Shown here piece by piece: positions 41,369 through 55,800 of a stretch of 64,000 bases of DNA. Source of the stretch: Octopus vulgaris (lineage: Eukaryota). The notes below the pieces were generated by a model. That model had not been told where the DNA came from, did not search any database, and was given only the letters and a program-made list of their open reading frames with translations. The stretch is taken from NCBI GenBank assembly GCA_951406725.2, contig OX597823.1, forward strand, positions 108,934,001 through 108,998,000, given 5' to 3'. The translations under genes were made by a program, and so were the position numbers. Numbering within the stretch: position 1 is the stretch's first letter; each line of letters opens with the position of its first letter.

Positions 41369-42377
41369 GTGTGTGTGTATGTATGCATAGATGTACATGT
41401 ATAAAGGTGATGCGTTGATAGGGTATCTTCTTTCCTGTGTGAAGGAATTACTACGTCAACTGAAGGGAATTTCAATTTATTTAGCTATTTCATAGTTCTT
41501 CTGCATTTATGTCTGCAAAGAGACTGTTTCGGAATAATTGTGCTTCCTCAGTTAAGAGAAACAGATAATCAATTCATTGCCATATTCATTAAGGGTGTCT
41601 TATGCTATGTCAAGTTAATTTCTTAATCCTATATCAGGTGGCAATGGACAGAATACGAGGCAAAGAGTAATACATAAGACAAAAAGAGCGAGTAAGAAAC
41701 AATACTTGATCAGTCAGTTCATGTTTATCTCCCCTCCAAAAGCAGGACAATTCGTGTAAGTTTAAATTCGGTTCGTGTGAGAATTATTCAGTGCTGAACA
41801 GTTTTCCCCAGCCATTTTTCAATGTTTGCTTTCTGAAATTTATTTGGAAGCGTGCACTCATACGGTACACATATGAACACATGATCAAAGCACACCAATA
41901 AGTACACACATACATATACATAAGTTTATACGCAAAGCGCGCGCACATACACACATGCATGCAGACATGCATACACGCACATAAATCGCAGATTCATGGC
42001 AAAGATTTGCTTTTGTGTTACATAAGACAAGACCATCGTCTCGAATTAAAATTTTTCTCCTTATGTCCGCTGTTGTATTTATTATAATTATTAAAACCAG
42101 TGAGTTGATAGCGTATCTTTATCTCCGTGTGAAGTAAAGAGGCAAGTAAAGAAAAAAAAAAAGAATTATCCAAGTAAAACAAATGACTACATCTAGATAA
42201 ATTTATTTTTATTTAATACTTCACATTTTTTTTTATATCTGCATTTATAAAAAAAACAGTTTCTGTATACGTGTACTTGATCAGTATAAACTTATCGATA
42301 GGGTGTCCCATTTGGTACTTTCACTACATTAAATTCATTATTAGTGAGTTAACTGCTATTTTTTTGCCCCTGAGTAA

Positions 42378-42420
<43 letters not shown>

Positions 42421-43104
42421 GAAATTATTAGATGCGTCTTTGTTGTTGCTCTTTTATTTTTTATTTTTGGTGCTGCTCCAGTTTTAGTACCTCACACTAC
42501 TGGCATATTTTTTTTCTGAAAATGCAATGAGGCAATTTATTAGCAGTTTACGCAGTAATGCATAACAACGCTGGATGGTTTTATGGTTCTGTTGCATAAT
42601 GTAGTTTGATATAAGTCTCAAATAGTGTATATATGACTAAACCAATGGTGTAATCTATTAAAATTAGTGTTGTTTAATGCAAATTACTGAAATGTTTAAA
42701 GATATGCGTAGCGATATATATACATACGTACGTACGTGTGTGTGTGTGTGTGTGTGTTTGTGTTTGTGTGTGTTTGTGTCTGTGGGGGTGTGTACTGAAG
42801 GAACATAGGGATAGAATAAATCTAGGCGAATAGCTCGTTAGAAGTCTATGTGATAAACCTAACTAATAGAGTATCCAGTAAAGTCTATAGTAATCCATAT
42901 AGGCTAAATACATAAATACTTCAGGAGACACGCATAAACTAAAACTTCGAGGTTATTCACCAATCGATAAGTTGGTGCGTTGATACCATTCTATGAGAGT
43001 GATCAGAGAAAGAATGAAGAATTATATTCTTACTTAGCCTTTATTAACTTACGAACGTTTCAAATTGTTTGAGGAACCGTTTCAACATCATATACTAGTT
43101 GGCA

Positions 43105-43325
43105 TGCATAAACAATCAATCAATCAATCAATCAATCACTCAATCAATCAATCACTCAATCAATCGCTCAAACAGTCAATCAGTCATCAACCAATCACTC
43201 AAACAGTCAATCAATCAACCATCAATCGACCAATCAGTCAATCATCAATCAATCAATTAACCAATTACTCACTCACTCAATCAATCATTCACTCACTCAC
43301 TCAATCAGTCATCAATCAATCAATT
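43105..43325. repeat. Degenerate (TCAA/TCAC)n microsatellite
   Basis: Directly visible. Confidence 0.9.
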
Positions 43326-44350
43326 AACAAAATGGTTTGATCCTAATCATTTATTTCAGAGCTTAGAAGCTATTATGATAGATTTGCAGACTCTGCTACA
43401 AGCAAAACATGGAAGTGGGATTGGAGATAAGAGGACATTTCAAATGAACTTCCCTGATTTACAATTCACGTTCATGCGAGGTCAAGATGCCATCAAGTGC
43501 TGAAGTATCTTAGTTTGTGAGAACATAGCATAGGGAATATACTGCCTAACAGCTTGATTTGCTGGCCAGTCTCTGGTAGAGATGCATTACAGTAACTAGA
43601 AGAGGGAGCGGAAGGATATCAACTGGTTGCATAAAAATAGTAGGTAGAATTTTTAAGGTCAATTACCCGCCCATTGATTACTTTCGAGAAATTTCAAGTT
43701 TACTACTGCAAAAACGTATGCAAATGAAGCTTAAACTCAATTACTTTGGGCGCAATAGATAAGGATTAGTTTTAAAAGATTAAAGATTGGTTGCGAGGAA
43801 GAATCTCTTATAATACGACATGAATATCAATGTTATTTATACCAAAGCAAATTTATTATATGGCATATTTGTATGGAAATTTTAAGAATGTTTTGTTAAA
43901 AATTGAGAACAACGAATTGATAACTCGTTACATTGGTTAATTAGGTTCGATTTCCAATTTAAACACCTCAACTAAACACCATCTATAAAGAAGAGCAATA
44001 CCTAAAATAGACTATGAAATACAGTGCTCAGTCTCTCCCTTACAGTTCTCAGATGAACAGGGTCAACGATGTGCTGTTTTCTTTCGTATTTAAAAGAATG
44101 AATGCGTTTGAGTAAACTGGCCTTGAATTTCATTGCGGAAGTGCTTATGTGGTAATAGACGGTCCTAGGTATTCTGCTCGAGCATCTATATGTTACTTTA
44201 TACCTTATATATTGTTTATCTACAGGGCATTCGTCACGGTTCCTACAGTTGCACTTGTTCTACTACACCGGTCCTTCGAATCTTGTGCGTATATATTGAT
44301 ACATATATACACACACACGCACGCACGCACACATATATATATATATATAT

Positions 44351-44513
44351 CGCAGGAGTGGCTGTGTGGTAAGTAGCTTGCTAACCAACCACATGGTTCC
44401 GGGTTCAGTCCCACTGCGTGGTATCTTGGGCAAGTGTCTTCGGCTATAGCCCCGGGCCGACCAATGCCTTGTGAGTGGATCTGGTAGACGGAAACTGAAA
44501 GAAGCCTGTCGTA

Positions 44514-44565
<52 letters not shown>

Positions 44566-44603
44566 TGTGTGTGTGTTACGGAAACTGAAAGAAGCCTGTC
44601 GTA

Positions 44604-44671
<68 letters not shown>

Positions 44672-44890
44672 TGTGTGTGTGTTTGTGTTTGTCCCCCTAG
44701 CATTGCTTGACAACCGATGCTGGTGTGTTTACGTCCCCATCACTTAGCGGTTCGGCAAAAGAGACCGATAGAATAAGTACTGGGCTTACAAAGAATAAGT
44801 CCCGGGGTCGATTTGCTCGACTAAAGGCGGTGCTCCAGCATGGCCGCAGTAAAATGACTGAAACAAGTAAAAGAGTAAAAGAGTAAGAGA
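44351..44890 (+). mobile_element. SINE family A, full length, with ~90-bp internal tandem duplication
   Basis: A and B boxes present. CGGAAACTGAAAGAAGCCTGTCGTATATATG occurs at 44489 and 44579. Tail AGTAAAAGAGTAAAAGAG. Confidence 0.9.
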
Positions 44891-45809
44891 GTAATAAATG
44901 CATATATTTGTGTATACACGTGTAAATACACACACACACACACACAAACACACATACTCATATATGTGTATATAAAGATGTGTATACGTGTTTGTGTGTG
45001 TGTGTGTTACTTTTGTTTGTTCATTTCCGTAGAACGGAAAAGTGCTTAACACACCCTGTATAAGATGTGTTTGATATCTTTTAATTGAGATTTACTGATG
45101 CGTGGTGTTGTCTGCACAATTTCATTCACACGAACGCACATTTAAATATAATGCAATAATCATGTTTGCTGACATAAAAACCCCACACACAAATACACAG
45201 ACGAACATGCTCTGCAAACGTATACACACACACAGACGCAAACGCACACACACACACACACACACACACACGCATAATACATGCGCGCACACATATACAC
45301 ACGCACACTCACACACATTTAAATTAACACAATGTCAAGAATTCTCATCACTGATACTTTAGTTTTCTTGCGACATGCATCAAATGACATCATCCATTTT
45401 TGTCGACTTTTTGAAACTAATACTTTGAAAAATAAAGCGTTTATCTACCCCACTCTATTTTGTACTTTCTAGGTGGTAGAAATGAGTTATTGTCCCTTAA
45501 CATCTCATAAATATTTGAATATGTTGTAACAAGTAAATTTAACAAAATTAATAAATTATAATATATAAAAATATTCATCGTTTATAGTGTTAATGCGTTA
45601 ACACTGCACATAAAAGATGGACGTAAATTAGAAACGTCACGAAGTGATAACCGCTGATTCAGCCATTTTAGATTAAACTTATCAGTAGCAGAGATTCTTT
45701 AACCAAACTTTCTTTTTTAGATTTAGTGATGAGGGAATTACAACAAAATTTTGTGTATGCACACACACATACACGTATGTATATAATTATGCATATATGT
45801 ATGTATGCT

Positions 45810-45857
<48 letters not shown>

Positions 45858-45862
<5 letters not shown>

Positions 45863-46043
45863 AAAGTTTGCGAAAAAAGCAAAAGACGAAGACAGGTGGT
45901 GTACAAAACAAACAGATGTATTAGTATAATGTTCAGGAATAGAAAAAGTCTTTTACGTTTCAAGCCTACGCTCTTCTACAGAAAAGTACATAGAAAAAAC
46001 AAGGAGAGAAACAAGGAGAGAAAAAAATGTGTGTAGTGGCTAA

Positions 46044-46045
<2 letters not shown>
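45858..46045 (-). mobile_element. Family P module in (TA)n
   Basis: Minus strand: TTTTCTGTAGAAGAGCGTAGGCTTGAAACGTAAAAGAC...CACCTGTCTTCGTCTTTTG. Confidence 0.8.
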
Positions 46046-46081
<36 letters not shown>

Positions 46082-47287
46082 CTCTCTCCATGCTCAAAGA
46101 AAAACATGCACACACACACAAGTTGTTAATAATAGCGGAGTTCGTAGCTAATGCTTTTCTGCTACTATAAATATATCCAAGTTTCCCAATGTCATTTTTA
46201 AACAATTAATTAAATTTCATGTATGATTTGAGATTATTTCGAGAAAGAAAATAATATTTCTGTCACTGAAATTATTCAATTAATAAATTGAATATAGAAC
46301 AATTTATATCAAACTTAATATTAGTATAATATTGTATAATGCGTATGCAACATAGAACTGGCATATTTTCTAACATATACACAAGGATAGAACTTAGGGA
46401 GAGACATCAGTCGTTTAAGATAACATCAGTTTTTGCCTGATGCTTTTATTTTAACGAATACAGAATCATGGAAGGCTAAATTGATCACTGTGGGATCTGA
46501 ACTCATCGATGTCAACTTTGCCTTTTATCATTCCGGGGTTGATATTAGAAAATTGCAAATATCGACAAGAAATGTAAATAAAAAAATACCAGGAGTTTTC
46601 CCCACCACCCAAGGATAGACGCCACAGTTTGATCCACATAAATATACACAGCAATATACATCCATATACATACGCACATACATGTATTATATTGAGTATA
46701 TGGTGGTTCTTGTTTTATCAGATCAAAGTTTACTTTCTACTACCATAAGGATTCCTTGCAGTTCGGAAGGTTACCGCTCCAAAATCCACTGTCAAAGTTT
46801 CTTGGATTTCGGAGTTTCTTTTCAAGTGTTAAGTGACATTACGATGCAATGTAGTCTTTTCAGAAAATATCTCTATCAATGAATGGGTATAGAATACCCA
46901 TTCAAATTAAACAAACTAATGGGGGAAACAATACTTATAACGAAACTAATTAGTGAAATAAACAGACAGTTTTGTAACAAACCCACGCCAAGTATAAACG
47001 ATAATAACACGTGAGTGAAGATGCAACAATCTAACGGTCGAAATTCAAATGCTTATATCAATTATACTGACTTGGCCTATGTCACAGAAACAACAACACG
47101 TATCAATACAAATTCATTTTGAAGATATCACTCTTTGAAGGTCCATAAATGTCATCGATGAATTTAGTAACGTTAGAATTCCATACAAGTATAACAGAAC
47201 TTATAAATTAATATGGAAAAAGTACATAATAAAAACGCTTGATAAATGATAAAAAGTAGAACATTGTCGTATTATACAACGTAATAT

Positions 47288-47357
<70 letters not shown>

Positions 47358-47424
47358 GTCTATCTGTCTGTCTCTCTCCCTCTCTCTCTCTCTATATATA
47401 TATTTATATATATATATATATATC

Positions 47425-47805
47425 GTAATATTATTTTTCGTTCGGCGTTAACAGCCCTTCTTGTCTTGTTATTTTCCTTGTCCTGTTTTTTACTGCTTAT
47501 ATTTTGTACTGTCGTTACTGTCCTGGTTTTGTTACCATTTTTACCCCTCTGCAAACAGATCTCAAATTTTATTTGATTTGCTTTTCGCAGGAAGGAAAGT
47601 TTCTTTCGAAGATACGTCTCGCCTTCACCTTCGAAACGTAGAGTAGATGAAACCATGGCGACTGAAGAAGGGGTTTTTTCCTTGTGTTATTTGTCCTGTA
47701 CTCTATTTTTTGTTGTTTAAGAAAAATGTCCAGTTCCTTGGGTTTGTGTCTATGTTTTCGTTTCTCATTGTGTTCGACGTTTTTTTGGTGTCCTGTACTC
47801 ATATA
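47425..47805 (+). repeat. Interspersed repeat, same family as 13310-13965
   Basis: Collinear similarity to 13640-13965; flanked by TA microsatellites. Confidence 0.6.
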
Positions 47806-47873
47806 TGCGTGTATATATACATGTAGAGGTAGGTACGTACATATATGTATATATGCATATGTTTTATTTATTA

Positions 47874-47909
<36 letters not shown>

Positions 47910-48049
47910 AATATTATATTGAACAGTGTCAAAACGAAATCTGAACGATCAAAACCTGCTAAGAATCTTATGTTCGTGTAGGTCACTAGGGAGTCGAATA
48001 ACAAACATTACCAACACCAAACTTGTAGAATCCCTCTAGTAAAGGAGAA

Positions 48050-49042
48050 AAATAAATCCAAATGTGACATGCTAAAAGTCCGTGAAATACGTCGAAAGGA
48101 AGAACATAACGTGAGGTGAATGGGTGGCAATATCATTGGACTGTACAAGGCAGATGATGCGAGAATAAGAGCTGGCATAGATTTCATCGTAAGTTAAGAA
48201 TTTGTCTTCATCACGCATTAGGAAATGCTACGGTAAAGATAACCAAGATCTATGCTCCTACGTGAAACAGTGAAGATAATGAAGTGACAGAGTTCTATCA
48301 AGATCTAGAGAAAGTGATAACTTACAAACCCATTTATACTGTCCTGATGGAGTATTTCAACGGAAAGTTCGAAAACGGGAAATAGCGAGAAGCATGCTAG
48401 AAAATTTGGATTGGGAGAGGAAAAGGAAAGATCAGAACGTTTAGTCACCATGTTTGCGACAAGCATTCTTTATATCACCATCTCCGTCTGTTCCAAAAAG
48501 ATCTGGTAAGAGACGAAGCTGGATAAATCCAAACGCTCAGCACCGAAAATGCGGTCGATTATATCTTGATTGACAAACAATGCATGTTGCAGTCTGTCTC
48601 ACTCAACACCGATAGCAACCATTGCTTGCTACAGGTAAAAACCGTCATCGACGCGATGAGAGAGGAAAAGGCACTGCGCATCTCAATGAAGAAGCAACAC
48701 ATCAAGGTTTTGGATGTGATTCAGTTTCAGGATTCTGTCAAGATGGAAATCTGGAGTCAGCTTGACAGTTTTAGTAATGTTTGATTCAGTGATCCAGAGA
48801 AAGAAAACTTTTCTTATGGAAAGCGAGAATTATTATCCCGTAGGGCCCGAACGAAAGGATCTTGGAAGAAACAAGGGAAATGTTTGAGAAACGAAAGGTT
48901 ATGAAGAAGAAGAACATGGAAGAATTTTTTAAGTATTTCTCTGCAATACGATGAGTTACTTTGAAAACTATAGATCGAAAAAGCTACTGCAGGCTGCAGA
49001 AGAAAGTAAAGTTTAAAGAAATTCAGGGGGCACTAAGATATA

Positions 49043-49097
<55 letters not shown>

Positions 49098-49311
49098 CGG
49101 AAAGGTTTACGAAAATAAGCAAAAGACGAAGGCAGGTGGAGTACAAACAAACAAATGTATTAGTATGGCGCTCAGGAATAGAAATAGAACAAGTCTTTTA
49201 CATTTCGAGCCTACGCTCTTCGACAGAAAGATACACAGAAAAAAAAACAAGGAGAGAAACAAAGAGAGAAAAAAATGCGTGTAGGAGCTAACAGTCCATC
49301 ATGGCATATAT

Positions 49312-49394
<83 letters not shown>

Positions 49395-50254
49395 GCTGGT
49401 CACAATGCGCTTCGCATTGTTTTAGACTTCAAATGATGCCACCCCGCTGGCTAAGCGAGCAGGCCAATATATATATATATATATATCACACGCATATATA
49501 TCGGGGATTACGTCTCTCAAGAACAAGATGAACTCACGGCAAGGGACAAAAGACAGGTAAAGGAGGTCTGTGAAACCGTTTAAAACCAATATTTTGAAAC
49601 CATTCGTGATGCTCAATCTTGTACTGCCGCAAGTGTTGAAGGAAGTAAGACCCATTCTGGTCAATAAGAGAAAGCTTTATAGCTGGCTAAAAACAAAAAA
49701 TGATAAAGTCCCAGAAAAAGTTGTAACAATGGTAATGTTAGAGAGCAATAGCAGAAAAATTCCTCGTCTGCATTGGAATGGACATGTGTAAAAAAGAAAG
49801 CTATTCCCGCTGTAGAAAGAGTAGAATACTATGTTGTTTTAGAAGAAATTTGTTTCAGATATATGAGTAACAATCTTCTCATTTGCCTCTAGTATCAGCT
49901 CTACAAACTGTTTAGAAAGGTATCAGACTATCGAAATATCTCGACAGCAGACTGCCGAGGGACTAACAGTCTTATCGAAAGAAAAAAAATTGGAAAATAC
50001 ACTACGACACACCATATTCATTCTCAAACATCTTTTAGAATGAGAGATAAGGCATAAGCTGCTTCTTTGTGTCGCCTTCATCGATTATGAAGTGGTTTGG
50101 GATAAGGTTGAGTTAAACGCAATCCTGCAATCTTTGAAGATGCAAGGAGTCGAGATCAGCAATGTGCAGCTTCTCTGGCAAAATATCTCAGTATGCATCA
50201 TTGCTCTAGCTCTACTGTTACTACCCTTAAAAGTTCCACTTGGGAAGGTCCTCA

Positions 50255-50299
<45 letters not shown>

Positions 50300-51150
50300 C
50301 TCCAAAGTTTTTCACGACTTAAAATGGTCATCGGTGACACTGATTGGCAAGGTGGCGTCAACATCAACGATGAGCTATTAACGCATCTTCGATTTGCATA
50401 AGAGTTCCCTGCAGAAACGTTAGATCATCAGGAGACAATGCTGACACAGCTCGATACCCAGAATTCAGCAGAAGCTCCCATTTAAATCATATAAAACAAA
50501 GTAAATACGACCTGAAAACCTAACACATGCCAAATGGTAGAAAACAAGGAAAATGAAGTGGCGAAGGAGTATGTGTGCTTGAGACAACATACCCACACTC
50601 ACACACACACACAGACACACACACTCACACATACTCACAGACACACACAGACACAGACACACACACACATAAACACATATATCTCGAGACATGAACGTTG
50701 AAATTCACGTAGAGAAAGAACGGGGAAAAACGTTTGCCTCTCAAAGCACACCTGGTCAAGACCCTGCATACTAACGTCTCGAATAGCACCGTCCTACCTG
50801 CGCTCTTATACGCAAGTAGGACGTAGAGTACTTGAAAGAAGAAACAGCAGCGAATAGTTGGGAGTCAGAGGGTCTTGAAAAGATCCAAGGTAGAAATATG
50901 CGGGACCATTTTCGAAACGAGATAATTCGAGAAAACATTATAGTGAAAAAACTGAAAGCACAAGATCACGAATAATGAGTGAGTCCGTGCAGATGTCCAG
51001 TTGTATCTAACAAATCGAAAAAGACCACTCAGGCACCTTGTAATGCAATAGGTATGCGGCATAATGGAACAAATTGGATGTAATTGGAAGATTCCACTCA
51101 AGGTAAGAATGGAAGCGCATGTGGACCACCGATGTATAGAGACATTGAAA
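48050..51150 (+). pseudogene. Near-full-length decayed RTE LINE (APE endonuclease plus RT), interrupted
   Basis: ENAVDYILID (APE IDYIL); HIFILKHLLE..LLCVAFIDYEVVWDKVELNAILQSLKMQGV; DWQGGVNINDELLTHLRFA; NSTVLPALLYASRT. Confidence 0.8.
49098..49300 (-). mobile_element. Family P module in (TA)n, inside the RTE
   Basis: Minus strand: ATCTTTCTGTCGAAGAGCGTAGGCTCGAAATGTAAAAGAC. Confidence 0.8.
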
Positions 51151-51172
51151 ACTCCGTCGATATATGTATATG

Positions 51173-51230
<58 letters not shown>

Positions 51231-51280
51231 CATATGGAGGGTGGGGATACACACATACATGTGTGTGTACGTATATCTTT

Positions 51281-51630
51281 CATCTTTTCCTTGTTTCAAT
51301 CATTAAACTATAACCACGAAGAATTTTAGTCAAACTAATCGACTTCAGGTCATACCCTTTTAAGCCTGGTGCCTATTCTATCGATCTCTTTTGCCGAACT
51401 TCTAGGTTACGGGAAGGTAAGCACACCAACGCCGTTTGGCAAATACACACACACACACACCAACGCACACACGTACACTTTCACACGCACATATTTACGA
51501 CGGGCTATTCAAAAGGCTTTGGTCGACCCGAGTCTATAGTAGAAGGCACTTACTCAAGGTGTTATACCGTGAGACTGAAGCCGGAACGATGTGGCTGGGA
51601 AGCGAAATTCTTACCACAAAGCCACGCCTG
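51281..51630 (-). mobile_element. SINE family A, diverged
   Basis: TCTCTTTTGCCGAAC..GGTTACGGG; GGCTTTGGTCGACCCGAG; CTTACCACAAAGCCACGCCTG. Confidence 0.7.
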
Positions 51631-51737
51631 AGCCTACACACACACACAATTAGACAGACAGATAGATATATAGATAGAGAGATAGACAGGCAGAGAGATA
51701 GACAGAAAGACAGATAGATAGATAGATAGATAGATAT

Positions 51738-51794
<57 letters not shown>

Positions 51795-52030
51795 CACGTA
51801 CGTATGTCTGTAAGAGTGTGTGCGTGTTTGTTTTCTATATCTTGTTTGATCTTTCTAGAAGGATATGCATGAATTTCTAGATAATTATATTAATTGCATT
51901 TATAAATGCTAATGGACGAAACATTACACATATTCACATACCAGCATACAATGACATACAGCTTTGAGTATAACATATATACACACATACATATGTGTGA
52001 GTGTGTATGTATGTATAAAAACATAGGTAT

Positions 52031-52095
<65 letters not shown>

Positions 52096-53280
52096 GTTTA
52101 TATATATGTACATATATATACATACATATATATATATATATGAAACAAGATAAATATGAATAAATCTAAATTTGATGGAGAGAGAATCAGTTAGATGAGG
52201 ATGCTACGGATAACGCAGATGTAAAGATAAGTAGGTCAGAAAAAAAATCTATTGTTCCTTTGTAACAAAGAACTATTCTTCAAGATTCTAAGTGGATGAA
52301 AAGTGTTAATTCTTGAAGAATAGCTCTGGGAATAAATTCATTTGCTGCCACTTTGAGATTGAATATAAAAAAAAATATGAAAGTAGAAGAGCATGTCCTT
52401 TTGTGAGCATTTTGCACAGACACACACACACATACATGCACACACACACACACACATATATATATGTATATATATGTGTGTATGTGTGTATATATATATA
52501 TATATATAAACATACATACATACACATATATGCATACACACACACACACATATATATATATATACATATAGATACGTATGTATATATACAAAAATGTATA
52601 TATATATATTATGTATATATGAGACTTACACCTGTTCACGTTTATTGTCTTTATACCAGTTATCATATGCAAGTGTATTCCTATTTTACGTGTGTGTATG
52701 TTTATATATATCTATATCTATCTGTGTGTGTGTGCGTATGTATTTGTGTGTGCATGAATGTGTGTACATACACACATATGTATATATATACATATAGTAA
52801 TTTCTTTCATTGTTCCGTGTGAGTCATCGTGCTATCAAGCCTTACTGGAGCAGATCCGAATTTATTGCAATATATTATGTATCGTTAACATGGTATTCTG
52901 TTTTTTCATTTGAAATTTGTGAGTGGTTGTTATATTAATGTAACAGTGAGATGCTGAGGACAGCTCCATATTGGAAGCAGCCAGGTGACGATGACTAAAA
53001 AAGAAAAAAAACACCGCCTTTTATATTAATATATTAATTGTTGAACTGTTTTTATCAACACCATGAAGGCCCCTGACACGGTGTTCATCTTAACATCACT
53101 GTCCTGCCCTTAAACAAATTTACTCTCTTACAAGTATTCCAACAAGACCTGTAGGTTCGTCGTGTCCCGTGAATTTCCTTGATGAGAGTGACGCGGAAAT
53201 GTCAGAGAGGACTTCAAATAGATGAAACATGATGTCACAGGCCTGTCTGCAATACCTTGCTAGTGGTCTCTTTTTCTACT

Positions 53281-53527
53281 GGCGAGCTGGCAGATACGTT
53301 AGCACGCCGGGCGAAATGCTTAGCTGTATTTCGTCTGCCGCTACGTTCTGAGTTCAAATTCCACCGAGGTCGACTTTGCCTTTCATCCTTTTGGCGTCGA
53401 TTAAAAAAGTACCAGTTACGCACTGGGGTTGATATAATCGACTTAATCCGTTTGTCTGTCCTTGTTTGTCTGTCCTTGTTTGTCCTCTCTGTGTTTAGAC
53501 CCTTGTGGATAGTTAAGAAATAGGTAT
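53281..53527 (+). mobile_element. SINE family B, full length (tail b)
   Basis: GGCGAGCTGGCAGATACGTTAGCACGCCGGGCGAAATGC...GTTCAAATTCC...CCCTTGTGGATAGTTAAGAAATAGGTA. Confidence 0.9.
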
Positions 53528-54127
53528 CTTTTTCTACCTAAACTTGGTTTTGATGATTCTGGTTTATTTCGGTAAATATATATCTTTGGCTCACTCACCG
53601 CAAGACGGTTGTGATAAAAAGTTTACAATTAGGTTTCGTCAGATGAGATCTTTTCTGGATAGCTATATTTTTCTCTGTTTATAGATGTTTGCCTCCACGT
53701 ATGTGTATGCATGATTTGTGTGCATGTGTTTGTGTGAGTCTATGCATGTGCTCAATAGATGAATAAATCCTAGACTATAACAATCACGTGACAACTTGCT
53801 GGGGCTGCCTGCTGGAGCCTAGCGGCCGGTATTTAATGGGAAAAAATTTGACAAGTCAGTCAGTCGCCCACTGACACACGTTGACGCTACATTGAAGAGG
53901 CCAGGGAACAGAAGAAAGAAGAAAGAGGACATGCACCCAACACCAGAGCTGAAGACACCGCCGAAAGGGGTGGGTGGGCACCACGTCAAAACGGTAGAGG
54001 AGTAGAGGCCAAAACCGGAAGTGGTTCCTCCTGATGATGTCTTGAACTAACTGGATCCTATAACGGAGCTGTTGTGGTAGCAGATCACGAAACACGGTTG
54101 TAATTCCTTCCTAAAGAAATAAACAGA

Positions 54128-54272
54128 TTTCCGCCGAGGTCGTCTTTGCCTTTCACCCTCTCGGGGCGATAAATAAAGTACCAGTTACGCACTGGGGTCG
54201 ATGTAATCGACTTCATCCCTTGTCTGTCCTTGTTTGTCCCCTCTATGTTTAGCCCCTTGTGGGCAATGAAGA
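54128..54272 (+). mobile_element. SINE family B, 5'-truncated (tail b)
   Basis: TTCCGCCGAGGTCGTCTTTGCCTTTCACCC...TAGCCCCTTGTGGGCAATGAAGAA. Confidence 0.8.
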
Positions 54273-54529
54273 AGTAGATCGTTAGATTGAATCAGATAGT
54301 TAGATAGATAGGTACAAGACATCTACACACATCACGGTCTTCATGGTCTGGAGCAGTTCTTAGAATTACTACCCTGCTAAATGAATCAGAAACCAAGTCC
54401 TGTTCGCGTGTTTAGTTTTTTGGCATAGTTTTTACGGTTTGGTCTCCTTTCTAGTGCCAAATTTGTTACATATTGTACCGACTGCATTTTAGTATGGCGT
54501 CAGCAATAGTGATATTGTCAGGTTGACAT

Positions 54530-55800
54530 TTGTTAGGTTTGGGAAAATACACTCCGCCAGCTTTCATCCACTGGTTGATGATTTTCAGGTTCTTCGCTGA
54601 CATTTACATTTTCTCGAAACAGTCAAGAACATTGAGACATTTTTCTACGGCAGATAGGGCATCCCATTTGGACCAGGTGATGACTTTCTGCTCTGGCTTT
54701 CTGAACTACTTTTTTTTATTTCACTCAGTATTGGTGGTTTGTTATTGAGGCATTCTGATCTCAAATAGTACCTCACAAAAAGAATCAGAGTAAGTTTTCT
54801 AGAGATGGTATTCGATAGTTTCTTTATATGAGTGTCTTATGCTTTGTCTACTCGAACAGTTTCCTAAGCAAACTGGAAGAATCATCAAAAATGTGATCAT
54901 CGATGGTTTTTAATTCTCCTTCTCACTTATTCTGCTTAGCTTTCAGCTCTTTCCAGAGAGTCTCCGGCCCTTGAATTTTAAAATATGATACATTTTTAAT
55001 TATTTTTTTTTTTTTTGAGATGCTTTTTCGCCTTCCAGATTTTATCCCTCTCTAGATTTATGAGGAGGTGTTTTCATTTTTGGCAGTTTTACCCAACAGG
55101 CATCCCTGCAGGTGACATAAATGCAATAAGAGTGACACTGATGGATTTATCATCCTCCTCCTCTTAGGGAATCATGGGAGCAGCTTTCATGCATGTTGCT
55201 TGTACCACGTTGAAGAATTGCAAGGCGGAGAGCCATCCCACAGAATCTGTTGGTCCGGGCTTTGGTCTGGCTATGGATCAGTAGTAAGAAGCTCTAGAGA
55301 GAGCTGAACAGCATAAGAAAAGCATCCCCAAAGCAACGGTTTCATCCTTAAACTTCTTACACTCATATAAAACACCTGCTGCTTCATTTTGGCTACTTTC
55401 TGCATTGCAGCCTACAACTTCCTGAGATGTGAAGGTGCCCCAGAGCGAAACTACCTTGGTTGTCGTAAACAGTTCGGTCTGAGATACCAACCGAACAAAC
55501 AGTAAACAGTGCCTTCTCAAACTAACTTTTATTCCTCGTTGATCAGATCTTACTGGAACTTTCCTCAGTTATTTCTCCTTATTGTCTTAAGAGCTCTGGT
55601 TCCCCTTTTCCCAGAAAATGAGAGCCATTTCAAGATAACGTAAGCAGATTTGCTCACAAAATCCTTCACTCCCACTTCTTTGACAAGAGCTTAGGTTTGG
55701 AAGCCGAATTCTCACAGTTTGATGGCTAAACTGCCATATTTTTCAGCTAAGTAGATGTATCAGGTAATTCCTGGGAAAGCGGGGCTTGTCCCTTGGTTCC
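54530..55800 (-). pseudogene. Decayed RLE-type non-LTR element (HERO/NeSL-like), pre-RT region
   Basis: ARA.KSSPGPNGMPYL...KCLNVL...KNLKIINQWMKAGGVYFPK resembles ARAKSAPGPNGVPY..YK.CP.VL...W..AEGVYIPK. Confidence 0.6.

Noticed and set aside
54025-54110. CTGATGA...CGAAAC...GTA hammerhead-like spacing
   Set aside because: Stems I and II cannot be paired.
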